Source: Azolla caroliniana (lineage: Eukaryota; Plantae; Polypodiophyta). From it: a DNA stretch of 64,000 bases. Location: positions 18,910,001-18,974,000 of the forward strand of contig JBHGNT010000017.1 of assembly GCA_043228905.1 (NCBI GenBank), in the 5' to 3' direction. The number at the start of each line of letters is the position of its first letter. The first letter of the stretch is position 1. Below are positions 27,297 to 38,820 of the stretch, piece after piece. The translations under genes and the position numbers were made by a program. Below the pieces are notes generated by a model, which was not told where the DNA came from, searched no databases, and saw only the letters and a list, made by a program, of their open reading frames with translations.

Positions 27297-28015
27297 GATT
27301 GCAACACAACAAATAGAGCTAACATTGGACATGCTTGAGTCGAGTCTTCTACATGAAGAAGCACGAGGAAAGGAGCGTGAGTCCAACCATGAGCATGAAG
27401 CCCTAATCATAGAAAACAACCCCAATAGAGGAAGAAGCCATACTCGGTCCACAAGATCACAGAAATAATATTGAGAGGAGTTCAAAATCTAGAAGTAGGA
27501 AAGACTTCAAGAAAGATTTCTCATATTGTTATTGTGGTGGTCCAAATCACTACAAAAGAGATTGTAGGAAGAAGAAGAGGGAGCAAAAGAATGGAACCAC
27601 TAACAACAAGAAAAATGACCTTATAACAACTACATGTGATGGCGATATTATTGTTTGTGATGATCTTTGTGATAGTTTAGCATGGCAGCAAACCGATTGG
27701 GTCATTAACTCGGGAGCCTCGTATCACATTACCCCGTATCGGGAGATGTTCGAGTCATATACTGGCAGTGACTTTGGTAAAGTCAAAATGGCCAACCACG
27801 ATGTGACAGAGGTTGTTGGGATAGGGGATGTAGCCTTGGTCTTAGACACAGGGTTGCTATGACTAGGATAAGGGGTGAGATGGTGGAAAACAATGGCTAG
27901 AATACCCGGGGGTCAAGTGGTATTTACTATTCGAAGAAGAAGAAGAAAAAGGATTGAATTTTCTTTTTCCTACTCTCCATTAACCTCCCCCTAACCAACC
28001 AATTGGAAATAACCA

Positions 28016-28018
<3 letters not shown>

Positions 28019-28065
<47 letters not shown>
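28019..28065. repeat. (AT)n microsatellite; a second tract lies at about 28471-28521
   Basis: Directly visible. Confidence 0.9.
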
Positions 28066-28069
<4 letters not shown>

Positions 28070-28476
28070 GTAGCTGCATTACTGATGTTGTGTAGCGAGA
28101 GTGATAAAGTTTGGTAGGAATATATATGAATATGTTTATTCGACTAGAATAGCATCTGCTGCCACAACTAAGCAAACACATTATACGTGCGTTTTCAGGT
28201 GCATGCAATGCCTGTGTTCATCCTGATACAGGTAACAGAAGGAAGGTGGGCGTGAGCGTGAGCGTGAGCCCGCACCCTTCGCAACGCAACAACATTCATG
28301 AATGTGGATTGGAGAAAAAGTATGGATAGCATTATTTATTTTAGATCCTTTCTTCCGTAAAGCTTAAATTATTGCTATTAGAGAATATTTGGACCATTTT
28401 CGTTGACTGATTGATCCTCTCCCCCGGGTGAGTATTGACGGAATATTAATTAATAACCAATCTCGGATGGATATAC

Positions 28477-28521
<45 letters not shown>

Positions 28522-28797
28522 GAGGCCAGCCAGGCACGCACTTGCATCGGCTGTCGTTGTTATTATTGTAACTATTATATTTATTTATAATTATGTATGT
28601 ACATATGTATATGTATATGTATAAGACTGGTACGAAGTCCCATCCGGCCAGTCAGTGATATAAGCATGGATTGATAAGAAAAATCGAACGGAAAATATAT
28701 TCATTCATTCACTCACTAAACAATTGAACGATCTAAAAAGCGAGCGTGAAGGAAGGAAGGTATAGTTAGAGAGTAGAGGGGGAAGGGAAAGGGGAGG

Positions 28798-29477
28798 TTA
28801 GCGTAACGCCGCCGCTGCCGCTGCTGTTACACCAGCCACCGGTCTGCCGCTATACATAGTGGTATTACTGAAGTTAGAGGAGGAGGAGGAGGTGTGGTGG
28901 ACCTCCTGGTGGATGTGATTTATACGGAAGAGGAAGAAGCCTAAGGCGAGACCGGTGAGGATGGCGAGGAAGACTCCTGCATTGAAGCTCATGAGGAGCA
29001 GCATGAGGAGGTAGCCGGATGCAGAGTGGAGGACATACGCCAGCGTCACAACCAGCAGCCGGAAGGTGCGGTGCTGCAGGACCCAGCGCCACACATCCTT
29101 GCACTTGCACTTGCACTTGGTAGAGCCGGTGCTGGAGCCGGAGCCGAAGTCGGGCGTACAAGTCCATGTCCATGTCCACGTCACACGCCACCGCCGCCGC
29201 CGCCAAATGTTGAGCACGTCTGAACACCACCAGCAGCAGCCAGCTCCCTGATCCCAACATTTGTTGTTGTGCATGTGGCGGCCTCCTCTGCTGCCTTCTC
29301 TGCCTGCCACCAGAACCGGCCCTCCTCCTCCACCTCCTCCATCATCATCCTGATCCTGATTCTGATCCTGCTGCTGCTGCTGCACAGCAGTAGCAGCAGC
29401 AGCAGCAGCAGCATTTCTGCTGTTATTAAAGACGCCAGCTCCTCCTCCGGACGTGCCGCCCATGGCAGTTGGGTGGA

Positions 29478-29508
<31 letters not shown>

Positions 29509-29871
29509 GATGAAAGAAGGCGCACTGGGATACATATCGTAACGGTCATGATGATGATGATGATGATCATCCAGGAGGAGGATAAGGCTGCGGCGCCGAA
29601 GCTCGGCAAACCACTCATAGAAGAGAGCCAGGATGAGCACGGCTGCGAGAGAGAGGGCATAGGTGAGGCGGCTGTGAGGAGCCCAGTCTCGGAAGAGAAG
29701 CTGCACATGGTGTCCCCAATGCAGATATAAGCGCATCATCATTCGAACTTGCTCTGGGTCTACAACCACCTGTACCCCCTCCTCCTCCTCCTCCGCCGAC
29801 GATGTCTCTGCAGCCCCTGTACCTCCTCCCACCGCACCCAATAGCAACTGCTGCTGATGCGCCTCCATCAT
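28798..29871 (-). CDS. COPT: Copper transporter, Ctr/COPT family (357 aa, intronless) with an expanded low-complexity loop
   Basis: MMMRLYLHWGHHVQLLFRDW precedes TM1 (YALSLAAVLILALFYEWF). TM2-TM3 carry the Ctr signature MxxxM-x12-GxxxG: MLLLM-SFNAGVFLAILT-GLALG. GC-rich open frame. Confidence 0.9.
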
Positions 29872-30024
29872 CTCCTCTTTAGAGTTACTACTATGTATAT
29901 ACTCGATTCTTTCTTAATTATCTATTATTAGCTCCAACTTACATCATCATCAAAATGGAACACAAGTAAAAGTAGCTTGGCAGATCAGCGATCAACTTCC
30001 CTGCTCATGTTCAAAATCTCATCA

Positions 30025-30038
30025 GTACGTACGTGTAC
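30025..30038. promoter_or_regulatory. Cluster of three GTAC cores (candidate copper-response elements) upstream of COPT
   Basis: GTACGTACGTGTAC lies about 155-170 bp upstream of the COPT ATG. GTAC is the core bound by SPL7/CRR1-type SBP factors. Confidence 0.55.
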
Positions 30039-30304
30039 TCCTGTGTCGATGGATGGATGGTCATGGTCATGGTCCTCATCCCTTCCTCCCTCCCTCTGTG
30101 TTAGCATAGCATAGCTGCATGACGTGCAAGTTAGCCCATGATCATCACATAAGCCCCAACTACTTACATAAGTTTAAAGCCATTTTCATTACCTAATAGT
30201 AGTAGCCTACGTTCGGAACATTATCATCATCATCATAACTTCTTCCCCTTATTAAACAAACAATTTCCTTGTACATATTGTGAAGCTGTTAACGGGGCAC
30301 GCAT

Positions 30305-30315
30305 AGATAGATAGG

Positions 30316-30369
<54 letters not shown>
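30305..30369. repeat. (GATA)n/(GA)n compound microsatellite
   Basis: Directly visible. Confidence 0.9.
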
Positions 30370-30371
<2 letters not shown>

Positions 30372-33300
30372 TTCAACCAGAGAAGAGAGGGATCAGTCGA
30401 TAAGAGAAGAGCAATGGTGATGGCGATTGATATATATGATGTTACAGCCTCACACGATCGATCGAACACAGTTTTCTTTGACGACAGATGATCGAAACCC
30501 CAACATATGATTTGAAAAGAGAGAGAGACATACAGACAGACAGAAAGACAGGGTAAAGGGAGAAGATACCACTATCTTTCCACCTCCCTCAAAACAAGCG
30601 CACGCCTCAAAAGCATTCATCCCATCTATCAAATTATTATTATTATTCCTTTTCTTTGATAAGACTTTTTACACACCCACTCCACTTACACTCTCACTCA
30701 CTCACTCACTCACTCACTCACTAACGCTTACCAGATTCTTTTGTAGTGTTCCCAACCAAACCGACCTCAACCCAGGGTCCATATACATACTATATTTTGA
30801 CTCTCTCTCTCTCTCTCTCTCCATTTTCTTTTCATGCCAATTTCTAGGATTCTCCTAAATATTATTATTATTATTATTATGATTATAAATGCCCACCTGT
30901 AGTCCTCCCTCCTCACCTTTCATATATGTACATACCTTGCATCCCTCCCTATACATATCAACATGCTTCTTTCCAATTTCCATTGTACTTTGGCGCTCAC
31001 AACACCATTTCCACAAATACTCAAGTTGTCAATCATGTGTTCCCACACTGTCTGCCCCTTCTGTTGGATCTCAATTCTGTCCGTTTGAGAAACCCTAATG
31101 CCAGGTGAGAACCCACATAAATTTATTACAACCAATTAGTAGTCAGTACTCACAACATTTGTCTTCCTATTAGTAACATGCAAAGGAGAGCGCATCTATA
31201 ATCTCCTCTTAATCATAGAGAAAGTAGAGATCGCGTACACATGAAAGTAGAGATCCATACCAATAGTTGAAATATTTCTACAACAAAATGATCAGTCGGT
31301 GAAATATGACCACAAAGTGATCAATAGATCAATGTATGCATTTAGACTACAATGTATTCTTTCTACATATGCCTCTAAAGAATAAACCCTAAAACCTTAG
31401 TATGCAATGGAAATCTACTAGGGATTATTGCAAAAAACTAACAAATAAATTAGTATATGTGTTTAAAGTACAAACATTCGATGAAAAGGGCATTTGTGTG
31501 CATTTGGTACATTTCCATATTGAGTAGATAAGTAGGTACTATCAAAACTATAGTTTTAATAGATGTTTTTTTATAATCTTATATTGTTTTGTATGAAGTT
31601 GCTTGAGCTCTTGCGTGCTCCAAAGTCCCCCATCCCACCCCCAAAGATATCCGTTGCATCATGTCTTGGTCTTCCAAGGCTTAGTTATCACTAGATGTTA
31701 TATATTTGGAGTTAGCACATTGAAGTCTCCCATGAAGAATACTTAGCCTAGAATTGATTTAGATCTTAATGCTCTTAGATAGCGTGGAATAGATCTCTTG
31801 GGAGGAAAGTGACATAGCACAATGAATTAGACTTGCATCACTACTTAGAGCTCAAGTACATATATATATATATGGCTTCTGCATCCCTTTCCAACACTTC
31901 TATATGTGGATATAAGGCTCGTCAGGAAATAATTGTGATGTTGCTTATATATTTTTGCCATTGGCTTGCATGTAGACAAACTCATGTATTGAGAATCCTC
32001 TACTTTAGGTTCAAATGTCCTAAAAGTTTGGTGCATTTGTGTTTATTTATAAGGCTAGAAGCAAGTGCAAAGACATCAATGCCACCAAAAAATCAACTTC
32101 TCAAGCAAATCATCTCTAGTTCTTGAATTGCATGTTCACAGTCATATCCCACCAATATCATGTCAAACTTTGGGGTGCTTGTTTTGCAATGAAATGTAAT
32201 TTTCATTTTGATAAGTATCCCTTGCCGATCTTCATTTGTTGTGGTTATGAAAGCAACAATGTTCTTGTTGTGCCCTCCTCAGTGTTTGCACATTGAGCTT
32301 ATGGCATTTCGCCTTATTACTTTCCTTCTTCTCTCCATTGGTCCCTCCTCTTGAGTTTCTCTCCTATTTGATATCCCCAACCACTCAAAGCCATCCCTCT
32401 CATATGCCTCAAATGTAAACTTGGAGTTTCACCTACTTTCCATTGCTTTTCTTTGGTTTTACAAGTAGACATAAACATGCATTATAGGCTCACATTAGCG
32501 TACACACATGCACTCACATGTAGATGTAGATGTAAAAGAAATTGGGTTCACACATATGCATGCATAAATGTTGGCCGCATGAAAAGAGCATTGAATGCAT
32601 CAATTAGGATCTGCAGGCCTTATGGTTAGTTGACAAGTAACCATCATAATATACGCTCGATGCAACAAATGTGTGAGTATATGGGGCCCTCTATGCAACT
32701 GTAGGTGATGGCAAAGTTTGTCAGGAATGGTTTTATCATCATTTTTCTCTTAATGGACACTTGGTGCCTTGACGACATAGAATATAAACCATCGATTCCA
32801 CCACTTTTGCACATTAAATATGCATTGGACTTAGGCTTGTGTATCCCTCTTGTGGATCCGACTCAACCAGTTAAACTCTAAACAAGCATAATGTTCCGAA
32901 CGCCTACCTCTATTAGATTTTTAAACAAGCTTTGATTATGTACAAGCTAGCATTATGAACAAAGTCTCATCTAAACAATCGATTTAAGCCCCCTTTCTCA
33001 TATGCCTCAAATGTAAACTTGGATTGGTGACTACACAAGCTAACATTATGTCCAAAGAGCAAGTCTAGTGAGATGCATGCGTTGCCTCTTATTTGCAAAC
33101 AACCACCGTTGATAACCAAAGATACAAATCACTATGACAACTAGGATAGGGAAGAGGGCTTCCTATTCCCTCGTATTTCTTTGAGCAAAAGGATTATCTA
33201 GGGCTCCTTTAGCACTTGAAAATGCATCACCAATGTTCAAACATTGAAAACAAAGTCACATATCATTATATAAAATATAGGACCCCCATATAAGCAACGC

Positions 33301-33689
33301 TCACATTCTACAAATTAACTTATGCATTAATTAAAGTCAACCATTCACCTCAATCCTCCTCATCGAAAGATAACTTAGGTCAAAGACTTCCTTCGACATT
33401 AGGCCTCGAGAAACAGAAAACTTGGGGTATATTATAATTTTAACTAGTTCTGCTCCCGGAGGATGGGGTGTACAAAAACTTGTTCATTTATTTTAACGTT
33501 GTCCAATAGTATGTACATGTAACAATATCTGTTCAACCAGGGAAGCTATGGGGAACAACCCAAATCACCTATTGAGGCCCCTAAATGACCGCTTATAGGC
33601 AAAGGAGGTAAAGAATGCAAGAAGACAGCCAGAAGGTTTCCCTAGATGTGGCAACCCTTGGAAGAGTGGGTAAAATAGCTCAAGTTGCA

Positions 33690-34870
33690 TCCTTTGGGGA
33701 AACAGTGTAATGTCTCCTCGCCGTGCCCATGCTTTCCATAGCCTGAAATTAGAGAAGTCCAGGAGACTATGTCTCGAACCTATATCTCATCAAACACTTG
33801 TCGTGCCATTGCAAGCGTACCGCACTTGGCATACAATATCCACTAATGCATTTTCCGAGGATCAGCATGGATTTCTTCGCCCATCTAAGTAGCTCCCATA
33901 CTGCCACAGGCTTTCAGGATACAAGTAAAGGTCATTATTGCATCAGGGGAGAGGCCTTTGCTTCGCATCTGTTCAAAGAGCATTTGAGAGCTTTATCACC
34001 ATCTCCATGTTGGTCACATCCAGTGATCAATGAAGTACAGCCAATTACATCCAATACAGTGAGATCATAAAAAAATGTCTTGTGCCTTTGCAAGGTCACC
34101 ACATTTCGCATACATTTCCACCAATGCATTCCCGAGCGTACTATTGTTTCCGAGGTATCCTTCCCTAAGAATCTCTTGATGGATGTTTTTACCCTTCTCC
34201 ACTGCTCCAAGGTTGCCACAGGCTTTTAGGACGCAAGAGAATGTGATTGAATTGGGAGAAACACCTTGACATCGCATTTGCTGAGGGAAACACGTCAACG
34301 CTGTCTCGCAATGACTATGCTTACAATATCCTGAAATCGGCACATTCCAAGATATTGCATTTTGGATTGGAAGCACATCAAACACTTGCTGTGCCTTTGC
34401 AAGTGCACCACATTTCGCATACATATCCACTATTGAAGTGCCAAGAACGATGTCACTTCCTAACATCCCATGCTTCACAATCTCCGCATGAATCTCACTT
34501 TCCTTTTGAGTGTCTTGTGTGCTACTACAAGCTTTCAAAATGCAAACGAAGGTGAGTGCGTCAAGAGACAACCCCTTTCGTTACATCTGCTCGAAATAAC
34601 AGAGAGCTTTTTCCCATGCCCATATTGGGCATACCCTACCTTCCGATGAGGGCCATCCATGAGACCACATTCTGTGTTTGGAGCTCATCGAACACAAGTC
34701 AGGGCCTTGGAAAGAGCCCCACATTTAGCATACATAACAACTAAGGTTGTTCCCATGAAAATGCTCTTCTTCAGAAATCCCCTCTTGAGGATATCCTTGT
34801 TCATTCTGAGACCTTTACACAGATCCTTTTCTTTGGTACAAGCTTTCAACAACATTACAATACTTCGAAC
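33690..34870 (-). pseudogene. PLS-class PPR pseudogene
   Basis: Minus-strand fragments LLKACTKEKDL, MYAKCGAL, VFDELQTQNVVSW, TFVCILKAC, MYAKCGALAKAQQVFD and IVSWTSLISGY are spread over several frames with stops. Confidence 0.88.
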
Positions 34871-35639
34871 ACTATCCTTTCTCTTTGATTACAAACTACT
34901 TTATCTCAGTGTAGTTGTGTGCCATCTTAACCTATGTTATACTTCTTGATACATGAAATGGCATATTCTGTTCTACATCAATAGCTATGTGCAGGTGAAT
35001 ACACAATGATCACTAGCATTGAATCCAATAGATGTTCCAACACCCTGAATCAGACAGGTGAGCTAGTAGATCTACCGTGTTGTTTCCACCAGTAGGAGAG
35101 AGAAGGGAGGCCATGAACGGATATTCTGTCTGCTCAGTTTCTGGACTGAGATCAAGCAAGGTTAACATGTTCCGGTCACCTTAACATCCTTTGACTAGTA
35201 GTCCTTTCAGGTTATCTCCCCTGTTTCTGGAATATGAGCAAGCAAGATTAACAATTTAGCATGTCCCAGTCTCCTTAACATCCTTCTACTTGTAGTCATC
35301 CCAGGTTATGTATATTTACTTCGTCGCCCACAGATTGAATCTCTCCTATTGAGATCAAATTTCTTTGCTTTCATTTTGGGATGATGCAATGAATTTTGCC
35401 TCGTCTCATTTCACTCTAGGTAGATTCACTTCTTGATTAAGTCCTTATGCATCATCACTATGACTAAGTGATATTCATCCTCCACTAGGTTTTCATTGCA
35501 TGCCTTGCATATCTTCACGTTTTCTTGATGATGCCATTATGCTACCTCAACATCTAACTAGTGTGAGGGAGTTTGAAGATTTGTTAAGGCTCTTCAAGAG
35601 CCACTTGGCTCATTGGGGTAGTATCTAGGAGAGCTTCAA

Positions 35640-35950
35640 CAATTCTTCAAACTCACTCACACGAATCAAGCAAGTGTTAGTCAGGCACACATGAAGAGAT
35701 GCAAGGATTGCAAAGAAAACCTAGTGGAGGATGAATATCACTTACTTATCACATGGTCAACATACAAGGTGAGTTGTGAGAAATATGATATCTTCTTAAA
35801 CATGCATGATAATGTGAACGTCATACTCGAATTCCCATTGAGAAGGGTGAGTAGATATGTATGTCTAGTATTTTCACATCAAGAATTTAGGGCTTAGGAA
35901 GGAATCACAAACAAGGTGATACATATGTTGATTTGGTCTCATAGGCCAAG
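35640..35950 (+). mobile_element. LINE 3'-end fragment (C-terminal Cys/His motif and 3' UTR)
   Basis: RCKDCKENLVEDEYHLLI resembles the ESEYHTLIQC motif of the LINE at 8.7-10.4 kb, and the two share the TTGGTCTCATAGG 3' motif. Confidence 0.6.
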
Positions 35951-36208
35951 ATGATTATAGGTGTATTCTCATGAACATCTTCTCAACTCCACCTTAATCA
36001 ATGTTTCAATATAAGTGAAACTAGATTGTATGATCCCAACAAAGGAGAACACTCATGCTTTTGTAAGAGGATCGCCATAAGGCTTGTGATAGCAATTTAT
36101 GGCCCATAGAAGATGTTTTAAACATATACAAGCGAGAAGAATTAGAGTACAGAAACAAATTTACATGTAAGTGAAATTGATGTATAGAAAAAATAAAGTT
36201 CCATGATG

Positions 36209-36255
<47 letters not shown>

Positions 36256-37776
36256 ATTTCCATGGGAGATTGATTGCAATCTATTGATGGGCCTAGCCAA
36301 TGATGAGGATAGAACTTGTGTCCTCTCAATTTTATTACCGTTCTCGCGCATAAAATATGACACATGGGACAAAAAAAAACATTTTCACATAGTACATGTA
36401 GAATTAAGTAGCGACTTTTGATTTTCCAACGACCCGTTTTTCATGAATCCAACTTCTTCAAGCATAGCATGAGGCAATCATTTTCACGTAGTATGTGTAG
36501 AGTTAAGTAGTGAGTCTATGACTCTCCATTTTTCATGACTTTAGTTTCGTCCAAAACTCTCTGAGGCAATCATTATATGATTTGTTTTATGTTGCACTAT
36601 ATTTCTATTGACAAATTTTAATTTCTGTCGGTGGATTACCACTAATAATGTAAAGCATTCCTAAATGGTCAAATTGTGACTTTTGATGCTCAAGAAGTTT
36701 ACTAGTAGACATAAAATTAGAGGGTGCATGTTGTGATTTTGAGACAAATGTGTGTATGGATCCAACCATATACATATGACAATGTGTGGAAAGCAAACTC
36801 AAATGGGGGTAGAAGGTAGAGCATTCATTGTATTAAAAGTATGATACCCAAGCACTCAAACTTGTTCGGAGCAAAGCATCATGCATGCATAATCAGATGG
36901 GCTTATTTGCTTGTGCTAAAACACCTGAACCGGTGTTGGTGTTGAAGAAGATGAACATATTTCCCAAATCATGATGAACCTTAACCGCGAAAGGAATTTA
37001 TTTGATGATGATGCATAGTGTGAAGCAAGCAAAGTCCGTCCAAGCGAGAGTAGATTGCATATTCCAAACCATAGTATGAACCATACGTGAATTCGCGTAA
37101 GAAAAACACCCTTAAAGAATGATAAATACCGTACTTTTGGATTAACTATTTATTATGAGGTAAATAAGCCTAAAAAATGGGAAAAAACAAAAAAAAAACA
37201 CAAGAATGTTTGAATAACATTCGCATTCGTTTTCCAACGTAGGAAAACGAATGTTATGCTAGACGAACACGAATTTTACATACTATGTTCCAAACCATTC
37301 TTATATTATAATTTATATTTATGTACATCATACGTTGTTGCCTCCATCCGGCAGGAAGTGCAAAATTTGGAGACCGACGACGACGATGGCCCAATGTGTC
37401 CAAAACCGTGGAAGAGAAGCAATGTGTACAGACATACATACATACATATGTACCCTCGCGATTCTGACTGAAGGAAAATCTCCCAAACTCAAAAACAAAG
37501 TTCGCGCGCTGGTGGAAGAAGAGCAGCAGCATGAAGACATGCGAGTCTAAGACTACATATTCGTGGCAGAATGCTGCGAATCAGAAATTACAGGAGGAAG
37601 GACGGGTTATGGCGTCTCTTTTCAGAGACATTAGACTGCGCTGTAACATGCACAGACACTGGTACTTGATCAACAATAATTTATTCTGCAATCATTCATC
37701 CACATGGATGCCAGATGTATTAGTCCGCCGGTAATATGTAAACAAGTGTTTATGAGTTTCTGTATCTTCGATGCAG

Positions 37777-38195
37777 GCTGTGTTCAGCATGGATATGGGC
37801 GAGAGGCACTCAGCCATCTTGACCGAATGCACCTCGAGGGCTTTGTGCCAAATGATGTAACCTTTGTGAGCATCTTGAAAGCTTGTGGTATGATTGAAGG
37901 AGCCACGAAAGGTAAAGAATTCCATACAAGAAACGCTAAAGAGATTGTTTTAGAGAAAAACAATATACTTGGAACCGCATTGGTGGATATGTATGCAAAA
38001 TGTGGCATGGTTTCTAAGGCACATCGAGTTTTTGATGAGCTTCCAGTTCGAGATGTGGTGTCTTGGACTGCACTAGTGGCAGGATATACCCAACATGGTC
38101 TTGGAGAAGAAGCTCTCCAATGTTTCCAGCAGATGAACTGTGAGGGGGTTTCTCCCAATGCGGTGACATTGTCATGCATTCGCATGTGCAAATAA
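37777..38195 (+). pseudogene. PLS-class PPR fragment (about four motifs); pseudogene or upstream exon
   Basis: GCVQHGYGREAL...PNDVTFVSILKAC...LVDMYAKCG...DVVSWTALVAGY...PNAVT followed by an early stop. A TGCAG acceptor-like site precedes it. Confidence 0.75.
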
Positions 38196-38820
38196 GAAAT
38201 CTTCCTTATTAATTAAATATATATATATATATATTCCGGTGGGGACGCGACACATACGATAAAATGCCATTATGATTAGAGCTGTCACGGGGAACTTCTT
38301 TCAACACTATTACTATTAGAGTTCTACTTCTTTATATCTTAAACACTAATTAGCTGATGTAAAATAACATTCAAAAACGTCAAATGAATTTTGATAACTA
38401 GTCCACATAGCATGACATGGAACTCCTCCATTATAGCTTTCAACTAGCAATTATTTATGGTTAAAGTTGAGATGACAGTTGGTCAGAAAGCTGATTGACG
38501 TGAGTGAAGCCTTTGCCTAAAGTGGAGAAGGAGTTATTGAGTCTTCCGGGGTTGAAGCTGATAGTGGAGAAGGAGCCAGAAGAATTTGTAGGAGGATCTC
38601 CATCAAATGAAGAGGTGATGATATCAACTCAGCAATAATGACAAGACTGAGGCTAATTTAATTCTATCTATGAGTTTTTTGTCAGAGGCAAATAACGTAT
38701 TATAAAGTTTCACTCTATGGAAATCGGAAACATAAAGAGAATGAACTGCTAGATATCTTCTTCTGTCTCACGAATAATCTGAGTAAAGTGGGTTGCATAT
38801 ATTAATCAAGTACTTAACTT

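Larger units (their letters stand above)
18490..27858 (+). mobile_element. Ty1/copia element A (5' LTR, PBS, gag, start of protease; 3'-truncated), hosting nested insertions
   Basis: LTR 18490-19973 with TGTTAGG...CCTAACA termini; perfect PBS TGGTATCAGAGC at 19976-19987. Gag MDDSLGGMIKLSGSNYPIWKSKM...LLGSLPDSWETLV (20019-20508) resumes at 27302 with a CCHC-type knuckle and WVINSGASYH, then stops near 27858. Confidence 0.85.

Noticed and set aside
29026-29730. Overlapping alternative-frame and antisense ORFs within COPT
   Set aside because: A by-product of triplet repeats and high GC. Only the main frame has Ctr motifs.
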